Origin: Clostridium thermobutyricum
GTDB lineage: Bacteria; Bacillota; Clostridia; Ch29
DNA length: 64,000 bases
Direction of reading: 5' to 3'
Assembly (NCBI GenBank): GCA_016842005.1
Contig: JAENYD010000009.1
Location: forward strand, 20,315-84,314
The position numbers and the translations under genes were made by a program. Below, one piece after another: positions 36,476 through 47,129 of the stretch (position 1 is the stretch's first letter; each line of letters begins with the position of its first letter). The notes beneath the pieces were generated by a model. It made no database searches, was not told the origin of the DNA, and was given only the letters and a program-made list of their open reading frames with translations.

Positions 36476-36856
36476 TTATATTTGATTATTTCGTTCCCTT
36501 TCCTTCATATATCTGCCGAGTTCCCCGCCCCGGACCATATCCACCGGCAAACTGAATACTATGCCGGTTCCGGGGACAGTCATGTCCCCGCCCAGCAGCC
36601 TTTCTATCTCGTCTGCGGCCTTCAGGGTCTGCTCCCGGCTTTCAACAATGCAGAAGACTGTTTTGTTATGTGTTATATCACCGCCGTCAAGATGCCTTAA
36701 TCCCCCAATCAGGAGCCTCGTATTTTCCCTTTCCACAAACCTGCCGGAGCCCATGCTGTCCAGGATGGTTGCCCCTTTGATCCCCAGTTCCTTCAGTCTT
36801 TTAACAACAGGGCCGGCCATTTCACTTTTGCTTATAACCGCAACCAGAACGTACAA
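36476..36856 (-). CDS. P-II-like (GlnB-fold) signalling protein, possibly a DarA/PstA-like cyclic-di-AMP receptor
   Basis: 126 aa. Resembles DarA in block order (GATILDSMGSGR, TVFCIV, VFSLPVDMV). The comparison is from memory. Confidence 0.35.
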   Translation of the reverse strand: MYVLVAVISKSEMAGPVVKRLKELGIKGATILDSMGSGRFVERENTRLLIGGLRHLDGGDITHNKTVFCIVESREQTLKAADEIERLLGGDMTVPGTGIVFSLPVDMVRGGELGRYMKERERNNQI

Positions 36857-36897
36857 AACAGACCCTCCCCAAAAATTTTTCCCTCAGCTGTATACTG

Positions 36898-38067
36898 TTA
36901 AACCCCCGGCATCTCTTCACTGCTCTCTTTACTGAAGGCATATTTGAGCAGTGAAGGTGTAACAAGAGTAGATATGAGGACCAGTAAAACCACCGAGGTG
37001 AAAACACTGTGACCTATTACCTTCAGCTTCAGTCCCAGGTTTGTTATGATGAGGGCCACCTCGGCCCTGGCAATCATTCCTATGCCTATTTCCAGGGACT
37101 GCAGCCTGTTGAAACCGGATATCCTTGAACCGATACCGCAACCCATTATCTTGCCCGCTATACCCACCAGGGTTATCACAAGGCCGAATCCCAGGGCAGC
37201 GCCAAAACCGCCCGCCTCCACCTTAAGCCCTATACTGATGAAAAATATAGGTGTGAAAAGGGAATAGGCTATTTGCTGAACATTATACGAGACCTTGTTG
37301 CGAAAGGGAGTGGAAGAAAATATTATGCCGGTAAAATATGCCCCCGTTATAGCCGCAACACCCAGTTCCTCCGCATAATAGGCAGCCATAAAGCACAGTA
37401 TTATAGCAATGGTGACAACCCTGTTCCCTACATTCACCCTGCCCGAATAGCGTACAAGCAGTTTGGTAATCAGGTATCCCGCAATGCCGAATGTGATAAA
37501 GAACAGCAGCATTTTGCCCAGTACAGTCAGTATGCCTGCATCTGCGGATGCAGGTACCACAAATCCCACCAGCAGTGTGAGCAAGATAATTCCCAGAACG
37601 TCGTCAATAATAGCCGCTCCCAGAATAGCTACACCCTGTCTTGTCCTCAGTTTATCCATCTCCCTCAGCGTCTGCACCGATATGCTGACGCTGGTAGCCG
37701 TTAATAATACGCCGATGAAAAGGCTTTCCACTATGCTGCTGCCCATTAAATATGCCGCCCCTGCCCCCATAACCAGGGGTACAAGGACCCCGAAACCGGC
37801 TATCACGGCAGAAGAACCGCTTGACTCTTTCAGTTCATCGATATCCGTTTCAAGACCGGCTATAAACATGAGGAAAACAACCCCTATATCGGCAAACACT
37901 TTTATGGTTTCGGTCTCCTGAAAAATGCCCAGTACCATGGGCCCCAGCAGCACCCCTGCAATAATCTGTCCTAGAACAGAAGGCTGCTTCAATCTGTTGG
38001 ATATCAGTCCTCCAATCTTAGCCCATAAAAGCATTACAGCCAGTTCCAGAAAAAACATATATCTCAT
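36898..38067 (-). CDS. Cation:proton antiporter (CPA2, KefB/NapA-like, Na+/H+ exchanger family)
   Basis: 389 aa polytopic. Confidence 0.8.
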   Translation of the reverse strand: MRYMFFLELAVMLLWAKIGGLISNRLKQPSVLGQIIAGVLLGPMVLGIFQETETIKVFADIGVVFLMFIAGLETDIDELKESSGSSAVIAGFGVLVPLVMGAGAAYLMGSSIVESLFIGVLLTATSVSISVQTLREMDKLRTRQGVAILGAAIIDDVLGIILLTLLVGFVVPASADAGILTVLGKMLLFFITFGIAGYLITKLLVRYSGRVNVGNRVVTIAIILCFMAAYYAEELGVAAITGAYFTGIIFSSTPFRNKVSYNVQQIAYSLFTPIFFISIGLKVEAGGFGAALGFGLVITLVGIAGKIMGCGIGSRISGFNRLQSLEIGIGMIARAEVALIITNLGLKLKVIGHSVFTSVVLLVLISTLVTPSLLKYAFSKESSEEMPGV

Positions 38068-38103
38068 CTCCTACCATCGCATTAAACAAACCGCATTCAT
38101 TCC

Positions 38104-39183
38104 CTAGGATTCTACCTTTTTGAGCTTTTCCGCCTGATCACTTGTTATCAGGGCATCAATCATTTCATCTATATCCCCGTCCAGGAAATTCTCCAGCCGG
38201 TAAAGGGTCAGGCCTATCCTGTGGTCGGTAATCCTGCCCTGGGGAAAATTGTAGGTGCGTATCCGCTCGCTCCTGTCTCCTGTTCCTACCTGACTCTTCC
38301 TTTCCCGGGCAATCTCGTTCTGTCTCTTTGTTTCCTCCATATCCAGCAGCCGGGCTTTGAGGACTTTCAGGGCCTTTTCCTTGTTCTTCAGCTGGGATTT
38401 CTCATCCTGGCAGGTTACCACCAGCCCGGTGGGCAGATGGGTAATCCTCACCGCAGAATCGGTGGTATTGACACTCTGACCCCCGTGGCCCGATGAGCGG
38501 AAGACATCCACCCTGAGGTCATTGGGATTTATCTGTACGTCAACATCTTCTGCCTCGGGCAGTACCGCCACTGTGGAGGTAGAGGTATGGATCCTGCCTC
38601 CCGACTCGGTGGAAGGTATCCTCTGGACCCTGTGCACCCCGCTTTCGTATTTCAGCCTGCTGTAGGCACCCTTTCCCTCTATCAGGAATACAATTTCTTT
38701 GAAACCTCCGATATTGGTGGGATTGGAACTCATTATCTCGGTCTTCCACCCCTGTCTCTCCGCATACCTGGTATACATCCTGAAGAGGTCCCCGGCAAAC
38801 AGGGCCGCTTCTTCGCCTCCGGCCCCCGCCCTTACCTCCATAAAGACATTCTTATCGTCATTGGGGTCTTTAGGCAGCAGGAGTATCCTCAGCTCATCTT
38901 CCAGGCGCTCCTTCCTTCCGGACAGTTCGGATATCTCAGCCTTCACCATTTCCTCAAGGTCTCTGTCCAGGGCATCCCTGAGCATCTCCCTGGCATCTCC
39001 CAGTTCTTGTACCGTCTTTCTGTATTCGGAATATTTCTGCACTATCGGCTCCAGGTCCGCATGTTCCTTGACCAGTTTGGTCCACAGGGCATTATCGGCT
39101 ATTATATCCGGGTCACTTATCTTATTGTTCAATTCACTGTATTTCTCCTGGATAAAGTCCAGCTTATTCAGCATACAATTCAC
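38104..39183 (-). CDS. prfA: Peptide chain release factor 1
   Basis: GGQ motif (SGHGGQSVN) and an RF1-type sequence. Confidence 0.95.
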   Translation of the reverse strand: MNCMLNKLDFIQEKYSELNNKISDPDIIADNALWTKLVKEHADLEPIVQKYSEYRKTVQELGDAREMLRDALDRDLEEMVKAEISELSGRKERLEDELRILLLPKDPNDDKNVFMEVRAGAGGEEAALFAGDLFRMYTRYAERQGWKTEIMSSNPTNIGGFKEIVFLIEGKGAYSRLKYESGVHRVQRIPSTESGGRIHTSTSTVAVLPEAEDVDVQINPNDLRVDVFRSSGHGGQSVNTTDSAVRITHLPTGLVVTCQDEKSQLKNKEKALKVLKARLLDMEETKRQNEIARERKSQVGTGDRSERIRTYNFPQGRITDHRIGLTLYRLENFLDGDIDEMIDALITSDQAEKLKKVES

Positions 39184-39235
39184 CTCTTGAAAATACTTGA
39201 CAATATTTTATTATATCACCGCTCAATATAAAATA

Positions 39236-40111
39236 CTAGATGGCTGTTGCCAGAACCACCCTGTCCATCCGCCCCAGGTCCTTCAGAACCTTTATCCCGG
39301 CAAAGCATTTTTCATCCCTCAGCATACTGCATACATCCTCTGCCTGATTATAACCTATCTCAAGGGCCAGCAAACCGCCTTCCCTGAGAAACAGGGAGGC
39401 CCCCGATACCAGCCTCCTGTAAAAATCCAGCCCATCCCTGCCCCCGTCCAGCGCCGCCGGCGGCTCCCGCCGGACTTCCTTCTGCAGGTATGCCATTTCA
39501 CCCGAAGGTATATAGGGGGGATTGGACACAATAACATCAATACCCCTGTGCATATGAAGCTTTTCCAGAGGCGACAGCAAATCCCCCTCGACAAATTCTA
39601 TCCGGGCCTTCACCCCGTTCCTCACGGCATTCATCCGGGCCACTTCCAGGGCTTCCCGGGAAATATCGGCAGCCACCACCCTGATGCCGGGGCAGTAATA
39701 AGCCAGGCTCACGGCTATAGCCCCGCTTCCGGTACCAATATCCGCCGCCACCGGCACATACCCTTCCCGGCGGTCCTTCAGCCAGCCAATTACCGCCTCG
39801 ACAAGCACCTCGGTGTCCGGTCTGGGTATGAGGACGGATTTGTCCACATGAAAATCCAATCCCATAAACTCCTGGCACCCGGTTATATACTGAACCGGCA
39901 TGCCTGATATCCTCTCCTCCAGCAATTTAAAAAACCGGCCTCTATCCCGGGGTTCAACAGCATAACCAGGATGCATATACAGGAACTGCCTGTCTTTTCC
40001 CAGTATATAGGCCAGTATTAATTCACAATCCAGGCGGGGAGACATCACCCCTGCCTTCTTGAGCCGCTGGGTGCCATATCTCACCAGACCTGCCGCCGGC
40101 ATCCTATCCAT
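39236..40111 (-). CDS. prmC: Release factor glutamine N5-methyltransferase
   Basis: DIGTGSG and NPPY motifs. Sits downstream of prfA. Confidence 0.9.
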   Translation of the reverse strand: MDRMPAAGLVRYGTQRLKKAGVMSPRLDCELILAYILGKDRQFLYMHPGYAVEPRDRGRFFKLLEERISGMPVQYITGCQEFMGLDFHVDKSVLIPRPDTEVLVEAVIGWLKDRREGYVPVAADIGTGSGAIAVSLAYYCPGIRVVAADISREALEVARMNAVRNGVKARIEFVEGDLLSPLEKLHMHRGIDVIVSNPPYIPSGEMAYLQKEVRREPPAALDGGRDGLDFYRRLVSGASLFLREGGLLALEIGYNQAEDVCSMLRDEKCFAGIKVLKDLGRMDRVVLATAI

Positions 40112-41067
40112 TACCAGGCGTCAGCCCCTTCCCGGTCCACAAGGACCCCTTTCAGGGCCTCTATCGCTACCTCCAGCTGCCCTTCATCCGGTTCCCGGGT
40201 GGTAAGCTTCTGCAGGTACAACCCCGGGACCCTTACAACCCTTGAAAGGGTGCCCTCACTGCGTCCCGCCCACTTGATAATCTCATAGGAAATACCTGCA
40301 ATCAAAGGCAGCAGCAGAACCCTTGACACTACCCTCATCAGCAGATTGGGCCAGCCCAGGAAGGAAAACATCAGTATGCTGACCACCATTACAATCAATA
40401 AAAAACTGGTGCCGCACCGGGGATGCAGGGTAGTATACTTTGCGGCGTTTTCCACAGTCAGCTCCTCCCTGTGCTCATAACAGTGGATTGTCTTGTGCTC
40501 GGCACCGTGATACTCAAACACCCGCTGGATGTCCTTCATCCTGGATATCAGCACAATATAGATGAGAAAAATGCCTATCCTCAGGAACCCTTCAATGAGA
40601 TTCAGTATTACGGGGTTTCCGGTCCCCAGCCGGGCAAACCTTATGAGAAAGGTGGGAAGTATGATAAACAGCAGGACTGCAAATACAAGGGAAAGAAATA
40701 CCGAAAAATAAATGGTTGCATTATCCGCCTTCTCTCCGAATATCTTCTCCATCACCCGGTCAAAGCGGGAAGGCTTTTCCTCTTCCAGAAATTCCACCTG
40801 TTCGGCGGAAAAGGTCAGGGCCCTGACTCCCAGCACCATGGTATCGATTAATGTGAACATCCCCCTGAATACCGGCAGCTTAAAAACCGGGTACCTTCTG
40901 GAAACATCCTTGACCGGTTCCCTGTGCACCAATATATTGCCAGGCCCTTTTCTCACGGCAATTGCCACATCCTCGGGCCCTTTCATCATGACTCCCTCTA
41001 TTACCGCCTGACCTCCTATACTTGTAGGGCAGACTTTATCACTATCTCCCACAGGTACACCTCCCAT
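40111..41067 (-). CDS. DUF1385-family membrane protein
   Basis: SIGGQAVIEGVMM motif near the N-terminus. Confidence 0.7.
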   Translation of the reverse strand: MGGVPVGDSDKVCPTSIGGQAVIEGVMMKGPEDVAIAVRKGPGNILVHREPVKDVSRRYPVFKLPVFRGMFTLIDTMVLGVRALTFSAEQVEFLEEEKPSRFDRVMEKIFGEKADNATIYFSVFLSLVFAVLLFIILPTFLIRFARLGTGNPVILNLIEGFLRIGIFLIYIVLISRMKDIQRVFEYHGAEHKTIHCYEHREELTVENAAKYTTLHPRCGTSFLLIVMVVSILMFSFLGWPNLLMRVVSRVLLLPLIAGISYEIIKWAGRSEGTLSRVVRVPGLYLQKLTTREPDEGQLEVAIEALKGVLVDREGADAW

Positions 41068-41087
41068 CCGCTGTCAGTTTAGATAAA

Positions 41088-41211
41088 CAGGATTCTTAGC
41101 TTCAGGCGGGGTGTTAACCCCGCCTGAAGTTTAGAAACCGTTATCCAGGGACGTAGCGCCGCTTATTATCTCCCGCCTGAAAAGGCAGGGGTATTAGCGG
41201 CGGTAGTCATC
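41088..41211 (+). repeat. Structured repeat element, copy C
   Basis: Perfect 12-bp hairpin (cttcaggcgggg tgttaa ccccgcctgaag) plus shared downstream blocks. Lies between the rpmE terminator and the DUF1385 gene. Confidence 0.6.
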
Positions 41212-41218
41212 GGGTAAA

Positions 41219-41251
41219 GCAAAAAATAGAGACTGGAATGGTTACCAGTCT
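41219..41251 (-). terminator. rpmE intrinsic terminator
   Basis: agactgg...ccagtct hairpin followed by a T-run on the minus strand. Confidence 0.65.
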
Positions 41252-41258
41252 GCATCTA

Positions 41259-41474
41259 TTACTCTTCATCATCGCTCAAGCCGTATTTTTTCTTGAACCT
41301 GTCAACCCGTCCCCCTGAATCGGCAAATCTCTGACGCTGTCCGGTGAAAAAGGGATGGCATTTTGAACATATCTCAACCTTCAGCTCTTCCTTTACAGAG
41401 CCTGTCTCGAAGGTTTCTCCGCACGCACATTTCACTACAGCTTTCTTATATTCAGGATGAATTTCTTTTTTCAC
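41259..41474 (-). CDS. rpmE: 50S ribosomal protein L31 (zinc-binding type A)
   Basis: 71 aa with CxC...CxxCH motifs. Confidence 0.93.
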   Translation of the reverse strand: MKKEIHPEYKKAVVKCACGETFETGSVKEELKVEICSKCHPFFTGQRQRFADSGGRVDRFKKKYGLSDDEE

Positions 41475-41652
41475 TCCTGCTCACCTCTTTCCTGTGGATA
41501 TTGCACTCTTCAACTGTAGTATTATAACATATCTGCTTTTTCCCTGCAACCGTCAAAAAACCCGGGTGTAGGGAGTACATAAAATTTTCACCCGGATGAA
41601 TGTATGATATAATTATATTGCAATTATTAAAACTTTTTTGGAGGTGTAAGAC

Positions 41653-42834
41653 ATGGCAATCAGATTTGCACAGCGCATGGACGTGGTTAAAGCTTCCACT
41701 ATCCGGGAAATACTTAAACTGGCCGCCAGTCCGGACATCATATCCTTCGGCGGAGGAATGCCCGCCCCGGAACTGTTCCCCATCCAGGAAATGAAAGAGG
41801 TGTCCTTGAAGGTACTGGACGAAGACGGTCAGAAAGCCCTCCAGTATGCGCCTACAGACGGGTTTCTTCCCCTCCGGGAAAAAATCGTGAAAAGGCTGAA
41901 CAGGGTGGGTATAAAGGGCATCTCTGCCGGCAATATACTTCTTACCTCCGGGTCCCAGCAGGGTCTTGATTTCAGCGGAAAGATATTCCTCGACCCGGGA
42001 GATGCCGTGGTCCTGGAAAAGCCCAGCTACCTCGGAGCCATAAACGCCTTTAAGGCTTATGAATGCAAGTTCATAGACATACCCATGGACGATGAGGGAA
42101 TGATAATGGAAGAACTGGAAGCCGTTCTGAAAAACAATGAAAATGTCAAATTCATATATGTAATACCCGATTTTCAGAACCCCACAGGAAAAACATGGTC
42201 GGTTGAAAGAAGAAAGCAGCTGGTACATATGGCCTGCAAATACGATACAATAATTGTAGAGGACAATCCCTATTATGAGCTGAGATATGAGGGAGAAATA
42301 CCTCCCGCTATAAAGGCTTTTGATACCGAAGGAAGGGTGGTTTTCCTCGGTACCTTCTCGAAGACCCTGTCCCCCGGCCTGAGGATGGGATGGATCTGCG
42401 CCTCCGAAGAAATACTTAATAAATACAATCTTATAAAGCAGGGTTCCGACCTCCAGGTTAACTCAATGACCCAGAGAGAGATAAACACGTACCTGGAAAT
42501 GTACAACCTGGATGAACGCATAGAAATGCTTAAAGGAGTGTACAAAAAGAGAAGGGACCTGATGGTGGAAGAGATGAAGAAAAACTTCCCGCCGGAAGTA
42601 AAAATATACGTACCGCAGGGAGGCCTGTTCGTATGGCTGGAATTCCCCGAAAACGTAAATACCCTGGACCTGTTCAAGAAGGCCCTGGAGAAAAATGTGG
42701 CCTTCGTACCCGGGGACCCCTTCTATCCCAACGAGGGAGGCCAGAACACCTGCAGGCTCAGCTTTTCCAGCATGACCGAGGATAAAATCGTGGAAGGCAT
42801 AGGGAGGCTTGCAGCAGCCATCAAAGAAATGTAA
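41653..42834 (+). CDS. PLP-dependent aminotransferase, class I/II
   Basis: 393 aa with aminotransferase fold motifs and a GGAGG RBS. Confidence 0.8.
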   Translation: MAIRFAQRMDVVKASTIREILKLAASPDIISFGGGMPAPELFPIQEMKEVSLKVLDEDGQKALQYAPTDGFLPLREKIVKRLNRVGIKGISAGNILLTSGSQQGLDFSGKIFLDPGDAVVLEKPSYLGAINAFKAYECKFIDIPMDDEGMIMEELEAVLKNNENVKFIYVIPDFQNPTGKTWSVERRKQLVHMACKYDTIIVEDNPYYELRYEGEIPPAIKAFDTEGRVVFLGTFSKTLSPGLRMGWICASEEILNKYNLIKQGSDLQVNSMTQREINTYLEMYNLDERIEMLKGVYKKRRDLMVEEMKKNFPPEVKIYVPQGGLFVWLEFPENVNTLDLFKKALEKNVAFVPGDPFYPNEGGQNTCRLSFSSMTEDKIVEGIGRLAAAIKEM

Positions 42835-42854
42835 CATATAGAGAGCATATATAG

Positions 42855-42881
42855 GGGTGACCTGTGAGGTCACCCTTTTCC
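42855..42881 (+). terminator. Terminator after the aminotransferase gene
   Basis: GGGTGACCtgtgaGGTCACCCtttt. Confidence 0.7.
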
Positions 42882-42889
42882 AATGCCCA

Positions 42890-43405
42890 TCATATTTTTA
42901 TATGTCCGGCTCTGCAGGCCATGCCTCTCCAGTTCGCAATCAGACAATCCACGGCATCAAGGACCTCCTGACGGCTATGCCGCCTGCCCACTATGCAATC
43001 CACGGCATCGCGGTGGCAGACGATACACTTTCTCAAAGGCCGGCAAAGGCCCTCCCTGCTCACACCGGTAACATCAATGTCGAAAAGTCTGCCCAGGGGA
43101 TGGTTCTCTTCTATTTCCATCCCGGTTTTCTTCAGTGCCACAGGGTCTTCATTTACTACAAGAAAGGTTTCCGGCCCGTCTGCAGAACTCCTCTCTTCAA
43201 TATATTCAATGGCACCCTTCCTGTCCCCCATAGCCTCCAGGTATTCTTCCACCGCCAGCCCGCACAGCCAGTTATACTTCGGACTGTTTTTTTCTCCTCC
43301 GGGAATATTGATGGTAAAAGTGACAACAGGTCTATCATATAGGGATTCAAGCCGCTCCCGCCGGTTGGCCCTTTGTTCCCTGGCGTCCAGGATATCTTTC
43401 AGCAT
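42890..43405 (-). CDS. citX: Citrate lyase holo-ACP synthase (apo-citrate lyase phosphoribosyl-dephospho-CoA transferase)
   Basis: HPLGRLFDIDV and C..C motifs, aligned to E. coli CitX from memory. Confidence 0.8.
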   Translation of the reverse strand: MLKDILDAREQRANRRERLESLYDRPVVTFTINIPGGEKNSPKYNWLCGLAVEEYLEAMGDRKGAIEYIEERSSADGPETFLVVNEDPVALKKTGMEIEENHPLGRLFDIDVTGVSREGLCRPLRKCIVCHRDAVDCIVGRRHSRQEVLDAVDCLIANWRGMACRAGHIKI

Positions 43406-44821
43406 CTATATATCACTTCCCACCGGTTTGTATACCCTGTCAATAATGGTTCCATCCCGGTATTCAACCATCCCCACCACTTCATCGGTAAAAGATACCT
43501 TCCCGGGCTTTCCTGCTATTTTCTCGGCAGCAGCCTTCAGCTCTTCAATACTCATAACGGGCAGTCCGGCATCCTTGAGCCTGTCTTCCAGTTCTTTTCT
43601 CCGGGGATTCACCGCCACTCCCCTCTCTGTCACCAGCACATCAACAGTGTTTCCCGGTGTCACTCTGGTGGTGACCTCATCCACAACTATAGGCAGTCTT
43701 GACCTTAAAAGATTTGCCACTACTATTGACAGTTTTGCCCCTGCGGCAGTATCACTGTGGCCTCCAGAACCGCCCATGATTATTCCGTTGGAATCGGTCA
43801 GTACATTAACATTAAACCGGGTGTCTATCTCGGTTGCCCCCAATACCACCACATCCAGATTATCCACCGCACATCCCTTAACTCCCGGATTGGCGTAAAA
43901 AGATGCGGATACCTCCATATGGTCAGGGTTATTCTTTATGGACTTCACCGCATCCAGGTCAAAGCACTGGACATCAATCAGTTTTTCTATCAATCCCTCT
44001 TCCAGCATGTCAACAAAGAACCCGGTTATTCCGCCCATGCCGAAACTGCCTTTTATCTTCCCTTTCAGCATCTTTTCCCTCAGGTGAAAGGCAGCAGCCA
44101 GTGAAGCTCCGCCTGCCCCGGTCTGGAAGGATATCCCTTCCTTCAGCAATCCGGAAGCCTGTATTACCTCGGCAGCGTACCCCGCAATTATATGGCCTAT
44201 GGGGTCCCGCGTCACCCGGGTGGTCCCGGACACAATACCTGCGGGGTCCCCTATGGAATCCACCTTGACCACCCAGTCCACCAGCGTCTGGTCTATACTG
44301 ACAGGGCTGTTGGGATAGGGCACCAGGTAATCGGTCACTGCAATCACCTTCCGGGCGCACATGGCATCCGGAATGGCATAACCCAGGGAACCACAGGCCG
44401 AAGGGCCTTTCATCCCGTTGATGTTGCCCATGGCATCCGAGGAAGGCGCACCTATGAAGGCCACATCTATTTTCAGACTCCCCTCGTGGATGGCCCTGGG
44501 CCTCCCGCCATGGCTCCTGAAAGTAACCGGTTTATCCAGTATGCCCGCAGAAACCGCCCTGGCCAGAGGTCCTGCCATGTAGTTGGTGTCCAGCCCGGTT
44601 ATGACCCCGCTTCTTATATGCTGCACCAGATGACCGTGCACAGGAAAAAATGCGCTCGATGCCACCTTTATATCCTTTATGCCCATTTCCGCTATCGCAT
44701 CCAGTACCATATTGACCACATAATCACCATTCCTTAGATGATGGTGAAAGGATATGGTCATCCCATCCTTTAAACCGCTTAACCCTATGGCTTCCTTCAA
44801 AGAATTCACTACCTTATTCAT
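43406..44821 (-). CDS. citF: Citrate lyase alpha subunit (citrate CoA-transferase)
   Basis: 471 aa. Confidence 0.9.
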   Translation of the reverse strand: MNKVVNSLKEAIGLSGLKDGMTISFHHHLRNGDYVVNMVLDAIAEMGIKDIKVASSAFFPVHGHLVQHIRSGVITGLDTNYMAGPLARAVSAGILDKPVTFRSHGGRPRAIHEGSLKIDVAFIGAPSSDAMGNINGMKGPSACGSLGYAIPDAMCARKVIAVTDYLVPYPNSPVSIDQTLVDWVVKVDSIGDPAGIVSGTTRVTRDPIGHIIAGYAAEVIQASGLLKEGISFQTGAGGASLAAAFHLREKMLKGKIKGSFGMGGITGFFVDMLEEGLIEKLIDVQCFDLDAVKSIKNNPDHMEVSASFYANPGVKGCAVDNLDVVVLGATEIDTRFNVNVLTDSNGIIMGGSGGHSDTAAGAKLSIVVANLLRSRLPIVVDEVTTRVTPGNTVDVLVTERGVAVNPRRKELEDRLKDAGLPVMSIEELKAAAEKIAGKPGKVSFTDEVVGMVEYRDGTIIDRVYKPVGSDI

Positions 44822-45674
44822 GGCTGCCTCCTTCCAGCCCTGCCAGCTCTAATATCTTCCTGGCCCTGACAACTATGGGCGCATCTATCATCTTTCCATC
44901 CAGAGATACAACCCCTTTGCCCTGCTTTTCTGCTTCCTCTATGGCTTTTATCACCCTCAGGGCATATTCAATTTCTTCGCCGGCAGGGGCGAAAATCTCC
45001 CTGACCACACTGCAATGCCGCGGCGATATCAGGGCCTTACCCTTGAACCCCAGGTCTCTGGCCAGCATGGCATCTTCCCTCAGCCCTTCCATATCGTTCA
45101 CATCCGTAAAAGGCGTATCAATGGCTTCCACCCCTGCAGCAACAGCCGCATTCAGGATACGGCACCGGGCATACATTATCTCCGAACCCTCTTTGGTCCT
45201 CCTGGCACCTATATCTGCGGTATAATCCTCCGCTCCGAAAATCACCGCTTTTATCCTGGGACTGCAGCACAGGATGTCAAAAACCCTTTCAACCCCTTCA
45301 GCGGTTTCTATCAAAGGTATTATTCCTATAGTTTTTTGCCCGTCCTCCGCCTCTTCCAGGGCCTTCTGCACCATTTTCACCGTTTCCGTCCTCTGAGCCT
45401 TAGGCAGTACTATACTGTCCGGGCTTCCTTTGGCTATTTCCGCCACATCCTCTTTCCACTTCGGATAATCCACAGAATTTATCCTTACCGCCTTTTCGCA
45501 ACTGCCGTAATCCACACTTTTCAACGCATTTCTTACAAGTATCCTGGCCGCATCCTTCTCGTCGGGGGATACGGCATCCTCCAGGTCAAAAATTAGGGCA
45601 TCCGCCCCCAGTATGCCCGCATTCTGCACCATTGCAGGATTATTACCGGGCACAAAAATCATGGTAGTCCGCAT
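44814..45674 (-). CDS. citE: Citrate lyase beta subunit (citryl-CoA lyase)
   Basis: 286 aa of the HpcH/CitE family. Confidence 0.9.
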   Translation of the reverse strand: MRTTMIFVPGNNPAMVQNAGILGADALIFDLEDAVSPDEKDAARILVRNALKSVDYGSCEKAVRINSVDYPKWKEDVAEIAKGSPDSIVLPKAQRTETVKMVQKALEEAEDGQKTIGIIPLIETAEGVERVFDILCCSPRIKAVIFGAEDYTADIGARRTKEGSEIMYARCRILNAAVAAGVEAIDTPFTDVNDMEGLREDAMLARDLGFKGKALISPRHCSVVREIFAPAGEEIEYALRVIKAIEEAEKQGKGVVSLDGKMIDAPIVVRARKILELAGLEGGSHE

Positions 45675-45690
45675 AGCGCCACCTCCTTCT

Positions 45691-45993
45691 CTACAAACCT
45701 CTTTTAATGGCCGTTTCCACCCTTGCCTTTATCGTACAATCCAGGGCGCCCCTATCCTGTACCAGTATATAAACATCGGTTATCCTGTTCTCCTGCAGTA
45801 CTTCCATTACTGTTTCCCGTATCCTGTCCCCGTACTGATTTTGTACTATGCTATTAATTTCCAGCTTTATACCCTCTTCCCCTTCAAGGGGTCTCATAAT
45901 AACCATGAGGTCATTTGACTCCAGGCTTCCCGCCCTGGCCTCCCGCAAAATTTTCAATAGATTCACCTCCTGTATTGGCTCCCGGTCTGTCAT
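45691..45993 (-). CDS. citD: Citrate lyase acyl carrier protein (gamma subunit)
   Basis: AGSLESNDLMV prosthetic-group serine motif. Start chosen at MTDREP because of a GGAGGGGGAAGG RBS. Confidence 0.8.
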   Translation of the reverse strand: MTDREPIQEVNLLKILREARAGSLESNDLMVIMRPLEGEEGIKLEINSIVQNQYGDRIRETVMEVLQENRITDVYILVQDRGALDCTIKARVETAIKRGL

Positions 45994-46082
45994 CCTGCAC
46001 ATCCTTCCCCCTCCAAAACGGCTCTGCCCCGGGACAGCCATATACATCCTGTCCCTGCAGCAAGCAGTGGAATGCATACAGT

Positions 46083-47129
46083 CTAATGCCGGGAACGGGT
46101 GGTTTTTATCCTTTTTATTATCGGATACGCCTGGTCGGACAACAGAAATTCCAGGGTAGTCTCCGGCACAAGCCTTTTCAGCAAATCCCACCTGCCATTC
46201 CTTATGCATTCCCTCACCGTTGAGGCGCTGACCGGCATCCCGTCTATCTCCTTTCTTTCAACCTCAATCAGCTCTATGCCCCAGAACGGCAGCAATCTCT
46301 CCATTGTCCTGTTGTACTGATCTGTTACATTGCAGTAAGGCTCTTTCCCCACATATCTTTTCCTGATACCCAGTGCAGGGGCTATATGTCTTCCAAAAAT
46401 CTCAACGTCCAGAACGGTCTGTGTCTTCACCCGTTCGGCATCCCTGGTAAAGTAGGCGGGAAATGTGGCGGAAGAAATAATATAATCGCCGCCTTCCAGG
46501 ACCCTGACATTTCCCAGGTCTTCGGTCCCCCTTTTCACCAGTTCCAGTCTTGTATGATAGGGGAAAAGAGAGCGATCCTCCTTCACCACAAACACATACA
46601 CGCCGTGGTTCTCTCCGGCTGCCTTCTCTATCAGGTACCGGTGCCCCAGGGTAAAGGGATTACAGTTTACTACAATGGCGGCCGTGTCCTTATCCGGGTC
46701 AAATACCCGCCCTTCCCTGAGCCCGCTGGTATATTTGCCGATACTGAAGCTCCCCCATTCCAGCAGCACCACATGGGGGACCACTCCGGCCACCGTTTTA
46801 AACCCCATTGACGTAAAGATGTCTCCATATACCGGACGTGTATATACAAAAATATGGTCCTCTCCCCTGGCAAGCATTTCCTTAACCAGCGCATCAACAA
46901 GCAGGGATGCGGCACCCTCCCCCTGCACTTCCTTCCTTATGGCTACCTGCTTTATCACCTTTCCGGCAAAGGAGCCGGTACCCACTATCCGGCCGTCCCT
47001 TTCCAATACCACCGTATACTGGGTATCTTCATCAAATCCCAGCCCCTGTTCCCTGAGAAAGGCAACTATCTCCTGCCTGCGCTCATCATTCTTTATATCT
47101 GCTGCCCGGATGGTATAATCCATATACAT
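46083..47129 (-). CDS. citC: [Citrate (pro-3S)-lyase] ligase
   Basis: NCNPFTLGHRYLIE cytidylyltransferase-like motif. Start at MYMDY with a GAAGGAGGGG RBS. Confidence 0.85.
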   Translation of the reverse strand: MYMDYTIRAADIKNDERRQEIVAFLREQGLGFDEDTQYTVVLERDGRIVGTGSFAGKVIKQVAIRKEVQGEGAASLLVDALVKEMLARGEDHIFVYTRPVYGDIFTSMGFKTVAGVVPHVVLLEWGSFSIGKYTSGLREGRVFDPDKDTAAIVVNCNPFTLGHRYLIEKAAGENHGVYVFVVKEDRSLFPYHTRLELVKRGTEDLGNVRVLEGGDYIISSATFPAYFTRDAERVKTQTVLDVEIFGRHIAPALGIRKRYVGKEPYCNVTDQYNRTMERLLPFWGIELIEVERKEIDGMPVSASTVRECIRNGRWDLLKRLVPETTLEFLLSDQAYPIIKRIKTTRSRH

